DNA of 64,000 nucleotides from Anaeromyxobacteraceae bacterium (GTDB lineage Bacteria; Myxococcota; Myxococcia; Myxococcales; Anaeromyxobacteraceae): NCBI GenBank assembly GCA_032654565.1, contig JAULAX010000015.1, positions 448,001 to 512,000 of the forward strand, read 5' to 3'. Shown piece by piece: positions 53,921 to 64,000 of this stretch (position 1 is its first letter; each line of letters starts with the position of its first letter). The notes under the pieces were generated by a model. It saw only the letters and a program-made list of their open reading frames with translations, ran no database searches and was not told where the DNA came from. The position numbers and the translations under genes were made by a program.

Positions 53921-54582
53921 CGGCGTCGCCCTCCCTCCCGGACCTCCTGCTGCCGGAGCGGAGGGCGCGCATCGACGCGGTGGTGGCGCAGCGCACCCGC
54001 ACCCTGACGGTGGTGATGGAGGCCTTCGCCGACTCGCAGAACACCAACGCCGTGCTCCGCACCGCCGAGTCCTTCGGGGTGCAGGAGGTCCACGTGGTGG
54101 TGGGGCCGCAGAAGCGCTTCGACCGGAACAAGAAGGTGAGCCAGAACGCCGACAAGTGGCTGGAGGTGATCCGCTGGAAGGACACCCCCGCCTGCCTGGC
54201 GGCGCTGAAGGCGCGCGGCTTCCGCGTCCTCGCCACCCACCTCGGCGAGGGGTCGTGCGGCCTGGCCGAGCTCTCCTTCGCCGCCCCCACGGCGCTGGTC
54301 TTCGGCAACGAGCACGCCGGGGTCTCCGACGACGCCCGGCGGCTGGCCGACGCCTGCTTCGCCATCCCCATGCGCGGCTTCTCGCAGTCGTTCAACGTCT
54401 CGGTGGCGGCGGCCATCTGCCTGGCCCGGGCCGTGGAGCGGCGCGAGCTGGAGCGCGGGCGCCACGGCGACCTCTCGCCGGCCGAGGCCGAGGCGCTGCG
54501 GGACCGGTTCTACGCGCTCTCGGTCAACCAGCGGGCCCGGGTGGCGCTGGCGGGATCGCGCACCCCTCCCAGAACGCCTTGA
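53917..54582 (+). CDS. TrmH/SpoU family RNA methyltransferase
   Basis: NTNAVLRTAESFG, LVFGNEHAG, IPMRGFSQSFNVSVA. Confidence 0.9.
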   Translation: MTASPSLPDLLLPERRARIDAVVAQRTRTLTVVMEAFADSQNTNAVLRTAESFGVQEVHVVVGPQKRFDRNKKVSQNADKWLEVIRWKDTPACLAALKARGFRVLATHLGEGSCGLAELSFAAPTALVFGNEHAGVSDDARRLADACFAIPMRGFSQSFNVSVAAAICLARAVERRELERGRHGDLSPAEAEALRDRFYALSVNQRARVALAGSRTPPRTP

Positions 54583-55513
54583 GGTCGGGGGCCAGCGGCG
54601 CCTCGAAGCTGACCCGCTCGCCGCTGCGGGGGTGGGGCAGGGTGAGCCGCCAGGCGTGGAGCGCCTGCCGCTCGAGCCGCAGCGTGGCCCGGTCGGCGTC
54701 GGTCATCTCCTTCCTGGTGAAGCGGTCGAAGATCAGCTCGTCGGCGCCGTAGATCTTGTCGCCCACCACCGGCAGGCCGGCGTGGTGCAGGTGGGCGCGG
54801 ATCTGGTGCTGGCGGCCGGTCCGCGGGGCGCAGGCCAGCAGCGCCACCGCGGCGCCGCCGGGCGTCCGCCGCCGCCCCAGCACGGTGAAGCCGGTGGCCG
54901 AGGCCGACCCCTGGGGGTGGACGTGCATGCGCACCCGCACCTCGCTCTGCAGCGTCAGCTTGAGCGGCGCCTCCACCTCGAAGGCGTCGTCGGCGGGCCA
55001 GCCCTCGCAGAGCGCCAGGTAGCTCTTCTCCACCCGCCCCTCGGCGAAGGCGCGCTTCAGCTTCGAGGTCCACTCCGGCGCGGTGCCGCAGGCCACCAGG
55101 CCGGAGGTCTCGCGGTCGAGGCGGTGGGCCGGGTCGACCTTCCAGTCCGGGAAGCGGGCCTTGGCCAGCGCCGTGAAGGTGTGCTCGAAGTAGCGCGCCG
55201 TCGGGTGGATGGGCAGGCCGGCCGGCTTGTCGATCACCAGCAGGGCGCCGTCGTCGAAGACCACGCCGAAGCTCATGGGCGTCTCCGGCTCCGGCTCGGC
55301 CTCGCGCCAGAGCGAGAACTCGAAGCCGGTGGTGAGCACGGTCTCCGGCCCCACCGCGCTGCCGTCGGCGGTGTCGAGCCGCTCGGCGATGAGGAAGGCG
55401 GCCTTCTCGGGGTCGAGCCGGCGGAGCTTCTGCAGCAGGTAGGCGTCGAGCCGCCACCCGGCGTAGTTCCGCTCGACGACGAACCGGGCTCGGACGATGC
55501 GCGCCACGGTCAC
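54524..55513 (-). CDS. RluA/RluD family pseudouridine synthase
   Basis: DKPAGL, HRLDRETSG, TGRQHQIR, VVGDKIY, QALHA; real start may be GTG 55507. Confidence 0.93.
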   Translation of the reverse strand: MTVARIVRARFVVERNYAGWRLDAYLLQKLRRLDPEKAAFLIAERLDTADGSAVGPETVLTTGFEFSLWREAEPEPETPMSFGVVFDDGALLVIDKPAGLPIHPTARYFEHTFTALAKARFPDWKVDPAHRLDRETSGLVACGTAPEWTSKLKRAFAEGRVEKSYLALCEGWPADDAFEVEAPLKLTLQSEVRVRMHVHPQGSASATGFTVLGRRRTPGGAAVALLACAPRTGRQHQIRAHLHHAGLPVVGDKIYGADELIFDRFTRKEMTDADRATLRLERQALHAWRLTLPHPRSGERVSFEAPLAPDLKAFWEGCAIPPAPPGPAG

Positions 55514-55595
55514 CGCTATACCACCCTCACGGGACGCCGCCTCCAGGCGGAACCGCGTGTCAAGTCGGGCCCTTGCCGGGACCGGCCCGGGGCGG

Positions 55596-55624
55596 TTGAC
55601 GCGATCGATCGCAGCGCGTAGTTT
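55596..55624 (+). promoter_or_regulatory. sigma70 promoter of kdsB operon
   Basis: TTGACG-N17-TAGTTT. Confidence 0.6.
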
Positions 55625-55635
55625 CCAATCCCGGA

Positions 55636-58072
<2,437 letters not shown>

Positions 58073-58079
58073 GTCACAC

Positions 58080-58907
58080 ATGTCCCAGGTCCTCGCCCGC
58101 ATCGGCGGGTACGAGGTCGGCGACGGCAGGAAGCTCCTGCTCATCGCCGGCCCCTGCGTGCTCGAGAGCGAAGCCCACGCCCTGCTCCACGCCCGCAAGG
58201 TCAAGGCGCTGGCGGAGAAGCACGGCCTGCCGGTGGTCTTCAAGGCCAGCTTCGACAAGGCCAACCGCTCCAGCGGGAAGAGCTACCGCGGCCCGGGGCT
58301 GGAGGTGGGGCTGGCCGCCTTCGCGGCGGTCAAGCAGGAGACCGGCCTGCCCTGCACCACCGACGTCCACGAGAGCTGGCAGGCCGAGCCGCTCGGCAAG
58401 GTGGTCGACGTGCTGCAGGTGCCGGCCTTCCTCTGCCGGCAGACCGACCTGGTCATCGCCTGCGCCACCCACGGCCGGAGCGTCTCGGTGAAGAAGGGGC
58501 AGTTCCTCGCCCCCCGCGAGATGCGCCACGCCGTGCAGAAGTGCCGCGAGGCCGGCAACCAGAACGTCCTGCTGATGGAGCGCGGCTCCACCTTCGGCTA
58601 CGGCAACCTGGTGGTCGACATGCGCGGGCTGGTGCAGATGCGCCAGCTGGGCGTGCCGGTCTGCCTCGACGCCACCCACTCGGTGCAGCTCCCCGGCGGC
58701 AACGGCGACGTCACCGGCGGCGACCGGCAGTTCGTGGCGCCGCTGGCCCGGGCCGCGGCGGCGGTGGGCATCGACGCCCTCTTCATGGAGATCCACGAGG
58801 ACCCCTCGGTGGCCAAGAGCGACGGCCCCAACAGCCTCGACTTCGCCATCGCCGACCAGGTGCTGACCGAGGTGCTGGCGGTGCGCCGGGCGCTGGGGCA
58901 GCCGTGA
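58080..58907 (+). CDS. kdsA: KDO 8-phosphate synthase
   Basis: IAGPCVLES, KASFDKANRSS, PAFLCRQT, KKGQF, DATHSVQ. Confidence 0.97.
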   Translation: MSQVLARIGGYEVGDGRKLLLIAGPCVLESEAHALLHARKVKALAEKHGLPVVFKASFDKANRSSGKSYRGPGLEVGLAAFAAVKQETGLPCTTDVHESWQAEPLGKVVDVLQVPAFLCRQTDLVIACATHGRSVSVKKGQFLAPREMRHAVQKCREAGNQNVLLMERGSTFGYGNLVVDMRGLVQMRQLGVPVCLDATHSVQLPGGNGDVTGGDRQFVAPLARAAAAVGIDALFMEIHEDPSVAKSDGPNSLDFAIADQVLTEVLAVRRALGQP

Positions 58908-59446
58908 CCTCGCACAAGCCGGCCTCGCGGGCCCGCATCTCGCCGCGGGCGCTGCTGGCCCGGGCGGCGCGCGTCCGGCTGGTGCTGCTCGACGTCGACG
59001 GCGTGCTCACCGACGGCCGGCTCTACTACGGCCCGGAGGGCGAGCTGATGAAGGCCTTCGACGTCAAGGACGGCCACGGCATCGTGCTGCTGCGCGACCA
59101 CGTCGACTTCGGCGTCATCTCCGGCCGGCCCGGCAGGGCCACCCAGCGCCGGCTCGAGGAGCTGCGCTTCAAGCACCTCATCTTCGGCCAGCTCGACAAG
59201 CTGGCCGGCTACGCCACCCTGGCCCACCTCGGCCTCGCCGACGACGAGGTGGCCTACATGGGCGACGACGTCAACGACCTGCCGCTGCTGCGCCGGGTCG
59301 GCCTCTCGGCGGCCCCGGCCGACGCCCGGCCCGAGGTCCGGGCCGCGGTCCACTTCGTGACCCGCGGGCTGGGCGGGCGCGGGGCGGTGCGCGAGCTGTG
59401 CGACCTGGTGGCGGCGGCGCGAGGTCTCCCGCAGGGTCACGGATGA
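58904..59446 (+). CDS. kdsC: KDO 8-phosphate phosphatase (HAD)
   Basis: DVDGVLTDG, KDGHG, YMGDDVND, GGRGAVRE. Confidence 0.93.
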   Translation: MTSHKPASRARISPRALLARAARVRLVLLDVDGVLTDGRLYYGPEGELMKAFDVKDGHGIVLLRDHVDFGVISGRPGRATQRRLEELRFKHLIFGQLDKLAGYATLAHLGLADDEVAYMGDDVNDLPLLRRVGLSAAPADARPEVRAAVHFVTRGLGGRGAVRELCDLVAAARGLPQGHG

Positions 59447-60678
59447 CGGCCCCGCTGGCCACCCGCCTGCGCCGGGGCGCCCGCTCGCTGGTGGTCACCG
59501 GGCTGCTGCGGCTGCTCTCGCTCATCCCGCTCGGCCCGGCGGTCCGGCTCGGGGCCTTCCTGGGCGGGCTGGCCGCCCGGCTCTTCGGCGGCACCCGCCG
59601 CCTGGCGCTGTCCCACCTGGCGCTGGCCTTCCCGGAGAAGTCGGCGGCGGAGCGGGAGGAGATCGCCCGGCGCATGTTCGTCCACCTCGGCATGTCGGCC
59701 ATGGAGATCACCTCGATCGGCTCCTTCGCCGACCGGGTCGAGGCCTACATGGAGCTCTCCCCGGAGGTGCTGCGGGGGGCGCTGGCCAAGGGGAAGGGGG
59801 TGGTCTTCGTCACCGGCCACCTCGGCAACTGGGAGCTGATGGCGCGGGCGGTGGCCAAGGTGGGGGCGCCGGTCTCGGCGGTGGCCAAGCGGGGCGGCGA
59901 CGCCCGGGCCATGAGGCTGATCGAGGGCTGGCGGGCGGAGGGGGCGGTCACCACGCTCTGGCGCGAGGACGCCTCGACGGCCCGGGCGCTGCTGCGGGTC
60001 TTCAAGGAGAACCGGGTGCTGGGGCTCCTCTGCGACCAGGACACCAACGTGCAGGGGGTCTGGGTGCCGTTCTTCGGCCGCCCGGCCTGGTCGCCGCGGG
60101 CCCCGGCCGACCTGGCGCTCCGCACCGGGGCGCCGATCCTGGTGGGGACCAGCCACCGGAAGGGGGAGCGGCCCGGCGACGGGTTCCTCTTCGAGGTGAC
60201 CGAGGTGGCCTACGACCCGAAGCCGGCCGACAAGGAGGCGGAGGTGCTCCGGATCACCGCCGCCTGCCAGGCGGTGCTGGAGGAGGCCATTCGCCGCCAC
60301 CCGGCCGACTGGGTCTGGATGCACGAGCGCTGGAAGACCCAGCCGCCGCCGCCCGCTCCCCCGTCCCAGGGTAGGCCGTTCCGCTCAGGGCGATTGGAGC
60401 GGGGGCCTGGCGGCGCCTGGGCGGGCGTCGATCGCCGCGCTGGGCGGAGGGTCCGGCAGTCCTTCACGGACACCCGCGGCCGCAACCTGCACTTTCGCGG
60501 CGCGATCGGCGCGGCCACCCAACCAGCGACCTGGCGGCGCAGCCGTCTCGACCGCGGGGCATGCCGCGAGGCCGGGGCGGACGAAATGAGCGAGGACCAT
60601 GGGTTCCTCCTTGACAGCCGCGCACGGGGGGGGGTAAGCGATCATTCTCACAACTCATGGTGCTGGGAGCACGGGTGA
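59443..60678 (+). CDS. Lipid A lauroyl/myristoyl acyltransferase (LpxL/HtrB family) with abnormal C-terminal extension
   Basis: TGHLGNWE, LCDQD, VPFFG, WVWMHERWK; family-like sequence ends near 60350 but frame stays open to 60678. Confidence 0.85.
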   Translation: MTAPLATRLRRGARSLVVTGLLRLLSLIPLGPAVRLGAFLGGLAARLFGGTRRLALSHLALAFPEKSAAEREEIARRMFVHLGMSAMEITSIGSFADRVEAYMELSPEVLRGALAKGKGVVFVTGHLGNWELMARAVAKVGAPVSAVAKRGGDARAMRLIEGWRAEGAVTTLWREDASTARALLRVFKENRVLGLLCDQDTNVQGVWVPFFGRPAWSPRAPADLALRTGAPILVGTSHRKGERPGDGFLFEVTEVAYDPKPADKEAEVLRITAACQAVLEEAIRRHPADWVWMHERWKTQPPPPAPPSQGRPFRSGRLERGPGGAWAGVDRRAGRRVRQSFTDTRGRNLHFRGAIGAATQPATWRRSRLDRGACREAGADEMSEDHGFLLDSRARGGVSDHSHNSWCWEHG

Positions 60679-60753
60679 ACCATGGTCCGACGGCAAGCGC
60701 GCCGACGGCCGTGAGCCCACATGTGAGCCGGGCCATGACCGAGGAGGCGATTC

Positions 60754-61362
60754 ATGGTGCGAGAGATCCTGCGGCTCCGCTGGCTCCACGTCGTGGCCGC
60801 CCTGTTCCTGGCGGCGACGGCGAGCGCCCAGGTTGCGCCGGCCGGGGGCGGCGCTGTGAGCAGCGCGACGACCACGGGGACGACATCCTCGGCTACGACG
60901 CAGGTGCAGGCGGCCGCTGCGCTGGTGACCTGTCCGCCCAAGCCGCCTGCAGACCCGTGCGAGCAGTTGACCTGCAAGGCGGGCGAGTGGGTCTCGAGCT
61001 TCAAGGCCAGGGGGTCGAAGTGCGGCCCCAGTGGGGATCCGTGCGCCTACGGGGGGACCTGCTCGGGCACTTCCTTCTTTTGCTCCAACCAGACAACCTA
61101 CTTCTGCAATCCGATCGGCCCGTGCTGGTCGGCCGCCTGCAACGGCACAGGTGGTTGCATCGACACACCTCTGCCCGCCGGTACCGCGACCAGTGCCTGC
61201 ACCGCCCGCGGGCCGTGCGATACCCCGGCGTGCAACGGATCTGGTTCGTGCGGCTATCCAAAGCCGGTCGGGACGCCGTGCGGCTACCACTCGGAGGAAA
61301 CTTCCCGCCCCAACCCGTGCGGTGATACCTGCGATGGTTGGAGCTACCGGTGCGGCCCTTGA
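60754..61362 (+). CDS. Secreted cysteine-rich, disintegrin-like protein
   Basis: GAGGAGG RBS, signal peptide ending ASA-Q, Thr/Ser linker, about 19 Cys, FKARGSKC...PC...TCSGTSFFC spacing resembles disintegrin repeats. Confidence 0.7.
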   Translation: MVREILRLRWLHVVAALFLAATASAQVAPAGGGAVSSATTTGTTSSATTQVQAAAALVTCPPKPPADPCEQLTCKAGEWVSSFKARGSKCGPSGDPCAYGGTCSGTSFFCSNQTTYFCNPIGPCWSAACNGTGGCIDTPLPAGTATSACTARGPCDTPACNGSGSCGYPKPVGTPCGYHSEETSRPNPCGDTCDGWSYRCGP

Positions 61363-61364
61363 GG

Positions 61365-62024
61365 ATGGGCCCCTTGGTGGCCGGCATGGACCGCGGCAGC
61401 GCACTCGTCTGCGCTCTGGTTCTCGGGGGGTCCTTGGCCGGATGCCAGGACGCCGCGCCGCCGGCTCCGCCCCCGCCCATGGCCCAGGACCCCAGCTTGC
61501 GCGGTCAACTCTCCGCCCCGTTCGTCGTGTTCCGGGAGCAGGCGCTGGTGATCCCAGTCATCGGTGAGCCAGTGGCGGCGCCGGTCACGGTCGGGAGCCA
61601 GCCGACGCCGGACACGATTTGGAGCGATTCACCAGGAGTGGTGAGTGTGACGCCGGACGGGCGACTCCTGGCGCACCGGGAAGGCTCGGCCCGTGTCAGC
61701 GCTCGGAACGGTGGCCCGCCCCTGGAGATCCAGGTGAGGCTCTCGGCAGCGCCTCGCCAGGCTGGACGGGATCGCGCCGGTCAGACCGAGGAGGTCTCGC
61801 TCAGGGTGCATCCGAACCGCTCTGCGATCCGGCTGGGCGAGATCCAGGGCTTCCAGGCGCTGACCACGGCCGGACCGGTGCCCGCGGTCTGGTCGAGCTC
61901 CAATGAGCAGAAGATCGCGCACCTGCAGGATCACCTCTTCCAGGGACTCGAGCCTGGCCAGGCGCAGGTGTGCGCCCGCGCCAACGGGCGACGCGCCTGC
62001 ACCACCGTTGAGGTCACGCCATGA
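61365..62024 (+). CDS. Lipoprotein with two Ig-like (Big_2-type) domains
   Basis: Lipobox LAGC; WSDSPGVVSVTPDGRL and VWSSSNEQKIA motifs; start 61365 or 61386. Confidence 0.7.
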   Translation: MGPLVAGMDRGSALVCALVLGGSLAGCQDAAPPAPPPPMAQDPSLRGQLSAPFVVFREQALVIPVIGEPVAAPVTVGSQPTPDTIWSDSPGVVSVTPDGRLLAHREGSARVSARNGGPPLEIQVRLSAAPRQAGRDRAGQTEEVSLRVHPNRSAIRLGEIQGFQALTTAGPVPAVWSSSNEQKIAHLQDHLFQGLEPGQAQVCARANGRRACTTVEVTP

Positions 62025-64000
62025 AGCACCTCTCAATGCCGTTCGCCTTCGCGGTCTGCGCGCTCCTCGCGTCTCCGGTCGCCGGCGACGCCCAGGGTCT
62101 CACCGTCGATGAGTCGACGGGTCTGGTTCGCTATGATTACCAGCTCGACCTGCCGCAGGCGCGCGGCCGGTACCAGCCGCGCCTCGGACTGGTCTCCAGC
62201 TCCGGCGACTGGCTCGCCTACCCGCTCGGCTGCCAGTTCCACAACACTGGCGTGGGCGCGACATGGTCGCTCAACTTGCCGGCCATTCGCCACGACGGCG
62301 GGGGCAGCAACGCGGCTTTGACTTACTACCAGCCCGGGAGAGGCGTCGCCTTGAAGTCGACGCTGCGCGACGGCTCAAGTCTCGTCGCGGAGGTCGAGGT
62401 CGGTTACCTGAAGGTGACGCGGAGCGACACGACCACCTTGGTGGCGGTGGACGCCACTGGCAACACCATGACCTTCAAGACGGCCAACCCGAGCTCGGCG
62501 GCGTATCCCTACCTGCTGAAGAGCGTCCAGGATCCGGACGGGAACGTGACCGCCTACACCTGGCTCGATGGCGCCGGGGCCAAGCTCGGCCGAATCGACT
62601 ACAACGCCTTCCTCGCTGGCGCGGCTGACAAGAGCAACACCTCGACCGTCGGCGACACCGGCAACTGGGGCACGAGCATCCTCCTCAGCTGGACGACGTT
62701 CAACGGGGGGTCGGTGCTCGACACGATCCAGGTCTCGGTCAAGTCCGTTCCTGGCGCCGTGAACCCGTCCACGGGGAAGATTGAGCCGATCGCAGCGATT
62801 GCCCGCCAGTACCAGATGACCTACGGCGCGACCGCCAACTACCCCAACTCCGGTGCCGCCAACGACACGTCGTTGGTTTCCATCACCGAATCGGGTCCGG
62901 CAGGAAGCACCGGGAACCTGGTGACGACATTTGACCGAACGCCCGAGGGCTGCATCAGATCGGTCACCTCCCCCTTGGGCGCCAAGCAGGAAGTCTACTA
63001 CCTATCGGCGGTGAGCTTCGGCGTTCCGGCGGCGAGCTACTATCCCGTCGCGAAGACCATGACGATCTCCGGACCGGCCCTGGCGTCCAGCATCATCGAG
63101 TACTGGTACGGTGGGCCAAAGACCGTGGGCACCGAGTACCGCGGCTTCCTCACCAGTACGATGCAGGACTCGGCCACCAGCATCGTGCGCCAGACAACCT
63201 GGAATCAGGGCTCGAAGCCGTTCGTGGGCTCGGCGGCCGCCGTGAAGGAGGGCACGATCTCGACCTTGGGATCGACCTACACGCCGCCCAGCATCGCGGC
63301 CTTTCGGACCACGACGTTCACTCGCGCGGCCAAGAGCATCGGCTCGGCCAATTGCACGGACTCGACGACCGAGGCCCCCGCGGGAGACTACCCGGTCATC
63401 CCCGTAGTCACGAGCGTCCTCGATCAGCGGGTCGTCGATCTCGTGACGCTGGGCAGCAAGCGCTCGACCACCTGCTCGAAGGTCGATGCGTGGGGTAACG
63501 CCGGAGAGGTGGTGCTCGATCCGGACACCAGCTACACCGGCGACGAGCTGACCACCACCACGACATATGTCGTGACCACCTCACCGAGCGCGGTTTGCAA
63601 GGACTGCGTCAAGAGCCGAGCCGCGGGGATCGGCACCAGCAGCACGCTCGACAGGACGGAGATCACCTACGACGCGGCCGGTCGGGTACAGCAGGTGCAG
63701 CGGCAGGCCCTGGCAACGCAGGGCGTCAGCCAGTTCCCGGTGGTGGCGGCATACACCTACGACGGCAACGGCAACCTGGCCACCAGGACCGAGGGCGGGA
63801 CCACGTACGCCTTCAGCTACGACGACTGGTTCCAGGCCCGCGTCGCGAAAGTGAGCGCGGTCGACGTGATGAGGCCGACGGGCAAGAAGCTCGTCACGGA
63901 GATGGTCTACGACGAGGCCGGCCGGCCTGCCCACGTCCTGGGGCCGTACTACGTGGCGGCAGACTACCCGGCCTCGCTCGTTCCCCACCGGTACCTCGCA
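62021..64000 (+). CDS. Secreted SpvB/TcB-like RHS (YD-repeat) protein, runs off window end
   Basis: Hand translation: signal MKHLSMPFAFAVCALLASPVAGDAQ; TVDESTGLVRYDYQLDLPQARGRYQPRLGL...GVGATWSLNLPAIR; LLKSVQDPDGN; EYRGF; YD units TYDAAGRV, YTYDGNGNL, VYDEAGRP; ATGA overlap with upstream gene. Confidence 0.85.
   Translation, partial: MKHLSMPFAFAVCALLASPVAGDAQGLTVDESTGLVRYDYQLDLPQARGRYQPRLGLVSSSGDWLAYPLGCQFHNTGVGATWSLNLPAIRHDGGGSNAALTYYQPGRGVALKSTLRDGSSLVAEVEVGYLKVTRSDTTTLVAVDATGNTMTFKTANPSSAAYPYLLKSVQDPDGNVTAYTWLDGAGAKLGRIDYNAFLAGAADKSNTSTVGDTGNWGTSILLSWTTFNGGSVLDTIQVSVKSVPGAVNPSTGKIEPIAAIARQYQMTYGATANYPNSGAANDTSLVSITESGPAGSTGNLVTTFDRTPEGCIRSVTSPLGAKQEVYYLSAVSFGVPAASYYPVAKTMTISGPALASSIIEYWYGGPKTVGTEYRGFLTSTMQDSATSIVRQTTWNQGSKPFVGSAAAVKEGTISTLGSTYTPPSIAAFRTTTFTRAAKSIGSANCTDSTTEAPAGDYPVIPVVTSVLDQRVVDLVTLGSKRSTTCSKVDAWGNAGEVVLDPDTSYTGDELTTTTTYVVTTSPSAVCKDCVKSRAAGIGTSSTLDRTEITYDAAGRVQQVQRQALATQGVSQFPVVAAYTYDGNGNLATRTEGGTTYAFSYDDWFQARVAKVSAVDVMRPTGKKLVTEMVYDEAGRPAHVLGPYYVAADYPASLVPHRYLA

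Noticed and set aside
54524..54582. 59-bp convergent overlap of TrmH and RluA genes
   Set aside because: Short 3' overlaps are common in GC-rich genomes; no further signal
60645..60750. Leader of the RHS operon as a riboswitch
   Set aside because: I could not match conserved motifs of c-di-GMP or other known riboswitches by eye; needs an Rfam scan

Overview
Very GC-rich bacterial chromosome segment whose gene content (TIGR02266-type PilZ proteins, PEGA-like and Cys-rich lipoproteins, split nuo cluster) suggests an Anaeromyxobacter-like Myxococcota genome; the taxonomy is inference. Most of the window is housekeeping or regulatory: glnB-ntrB-ntrC-glnA with visible sigma54 and NtrC sites, pyk, HD-GYP, an RlmN-like enzyme, a five-gene ECF sigma operon, pit/DUF47, an SF1 helicase plus YprB-like nuclease, purF, HU, nuoEF-JK, plsY, ftsK, gatCAB, mtnA, KirBac, rplU-rpmA-obgE and kdsB-pyrG-kdsA-kdsC-lpxL. 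Three accessory parts stand out. (1) A four-gene surface-protein cluster (23.6-30.1 kb) whose beta-propeller lipoprotein gene has a low-GC internal patch flanked by a mirror-image switch from G-ending to C-ending codons. (2) A HUH/Y1 (RAYT-like) transposase with an upstream REPIN-like repeat unit (40.2-41.5 kb). (3) A compositionally distinct operon from about 60.4 kb encoding a disintegrin-like Cys-rich protein, an Ig-like lipoprotein and a signal-peptide-bearing SpvB/TcB-like RHS protein that seems to lack the usual FG-GAP propeller; this ORF is missing from the ORF track because it runs off the window. No rRNA, tRNA or CRISPR array was recognised. All calls come from reading motifs by eye; no database searches were run.
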